Source: a virus. From it: DNA of 17,777 nt. Location of the stretch: the UHGV virus genome UHGV-1442331, one strand, 5' to 3'. Made by a program: the position numbers and the translations under genes. The notes beneath the pieces were generated by a model that worked only from the letters and a program-made list of their open reading frames with translations, made no database searches and was not told the origin of the DNA. Shown one piece after another: positions 16,994 through 17,777 of the stretch; within the stretch, counting starts at the first letter, position 1; each line of letters opens with the position of its first letter.

Positions 16994-17274
16994 TACGGTT
17001 TCCCCCTGCCCTTAAAGCGGCGCTGAATGGCAATCTCAATCACCTGATAACCGGCGATACCCAGCATGGAGCCGATGCCGCACACCGCAGGCAGTGACAG
17101 GTCAGGAAACTGCACCAGAACAACACCGGCAACCATCGAGACAAAACCACCGAGCAACATGCGCCCGATAAACAGACGCGGGGTGATGGGTTCACCACCG
17201 GCAAGCACCTTGCCGACAACAATCAGCACCCCAATCATGAAAAGCGACAGGACGCTTTTTTCTTCTGCTGTCAT
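16993..17274 (-). CDS. Y: Holin Y (93 aa)
   Basis: 93-aa ORF with TM segments, directly upstream of K; P2 gpY length. Confidence 0.9.
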   Translation of the reverse strand: MTAEEKSVLSLFMIGVLIVVGKVLAGGEPITPRLFIGRMLLGGFVSMVAGVVLVQFPDLSLPAVCGIGSMLGIAGYQVIEIAIQRRFKGRGKP

Positions 17275-17277
17275 GCG

Positions 17278-17481
17278 TTACTCCCACAGATTGACAGTTT
17301 CAGCCACGGGCGCGGTCTGAACGTCGGGCAGTTCGACGGCGGTGCCGTGTGGCAGCACCGCACCCAGTTCAGACAGTCCCGGATTTGCGGCGAGCACGGT
17401 CTCAACCACGCCCTCAGTGCGCCCGTAATACCGGACACAGATGGCGTCGAGCGTGTCGCCCTGTAGCGCAAAGGTCTTCAT
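17278..17481 (-). CDS. X: Tail protein X (67 aa)
   Basis: Internal start MKTFALQGDTLDAICVRYYGRTEGVVETVLAANPGL... gives 67 aa as in P2 gpX. The longer 90-aa track ORF is rejected. Confidence 0.85.
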   Translation of the reverse strand: MKTFALQGDTLDAICVRYYGRTEGVVETVLAANPGLSELGAVLPHGTAVELPDVQTAPVAETVNLWE

Positions 17482-17750
17482 CAGATTTGACTCACGATGC
17501 AGCGCGGCTTGTCCTGGATGCGCGCCACCGCCCAGCGCATATCCCGCCACAGTTCATCAATGGTGCTGTCAATGCTGTCAGCCTTCTTGTCGCCTTTCGC
17601 ACTGGCATCCACGCCGCGATAACGCTCATAAAGCGACGCGGTCGCCATCGCACACACAGCGCGCTCGTAGTAAAAAACCTTGATGCTTTCACCGTCGATG
17701 TCGTCCGCCGGGACGTCCGCCAGACGCGTAAAACCGGCGGCAATTTTCTG
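17481..17750 (-). CDS. L: Capsid completion protein L, C-terminal part only; 5' end lost at the contig or adapter boundary
   Basis: In-frame ORF ending in a stop that overlaps the X start (TGATG), in the P2 position. The first residues of the track ORF (MYKRQ) are adapter-derived. Confidence 0.75.
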   Translation of the reverse strand, partial: QKIAAGFTRLADVPADDIDGESIKVFYYERAVCAMATASLYERYRGVDASAKGDKKADSIDSTIDELWRDMRWAVARIQDKPRCIVSQI

Positions 17751-17777
17751 CTGTCTCTTATACACATCTGACGCTGC
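17751..17777. other. Illumina Nextera adapter, reverse complement (ctgtctcttatacacatctgacgctgc); not biological
   Basis: Exact match, recalled from memory, to the reverse complement of the transposase mosaic-end/read-1 adapter. Confidence 0.9.

Larger units (their letters stand above)
716..17750. mobile_element. P2-family (Peduovirus) prophage, ogr end through the late-gene region; continues beyond the right end of the window
   Basis: Contiguous, syntenic set of P2 late genes with P2-identical protein lengths, bounded on the left by host pflB/pflA sequence. Confidence 0.9.

Noticed and set aside
17278-17550. 90-aa version of X and overlapping plus-strand ORFs 17349..17771 and 17441..17683
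   Set aside because: P2 gpX is 67 aa from MKTFALQ; the plus-strand ORFs are antisense to L and X and run into the adapter.
17481-17767. Apparent N-termini MYKRQ... and MCIRDS... of minus-strand ORFs
   Set aside because: These peptide prefixes come from the Nextera adapter, not from a real start codon.
1-17777. Search for CRISPR arrays, tRNA/rRNA genes, IS transposases and an integrase
   Set aside because: No regularly spaced short repeats, no tRNA-like cloverleaf regions and no transposase- or integrase-like ORFs were seen. The integrase would lie beyond the ogr end or at the other prophage end, outside this window.

Overview
Positions 50-17750 are genomic; both ends (1-49 and 17751-17777) are untrimmed Illumina Nextera adapter. 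The window opens with the 3' end of host pflB, its terminator and the first five codons of pflA, then runs into the ogr end of a P2-family (Peduovirus) prophage at about 716. The rest is the complete P2-type late region on the minus strand: ogr, D, U, T, E/E+E' (-1 frameshift), FII, FI, G, H, I, J, W, V, S, R, lysC/lysB/lysA, K, Y, X and a truncated L. Product calls rest on recognised P2 protein sequences and exact length matches recalled from memory, not on a database search. Two plus-strand, AT-rich ORFs interrupt this minus-strand, GC-rich backbone: a 256-aa soluble protein between G and FI, and a 261-aa three-TM membrane protein between S and V. These occupy the classic P2 accessory slots (Z/fun and orf30) and are the best candidates for anti-phage or lysogenic-conversion cargo. 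I cannot tell from sequence alone whether they are the canonical P2 genes or replacements. No tRNA, rRNA, CRISPR array, transposase or integrase was seen.
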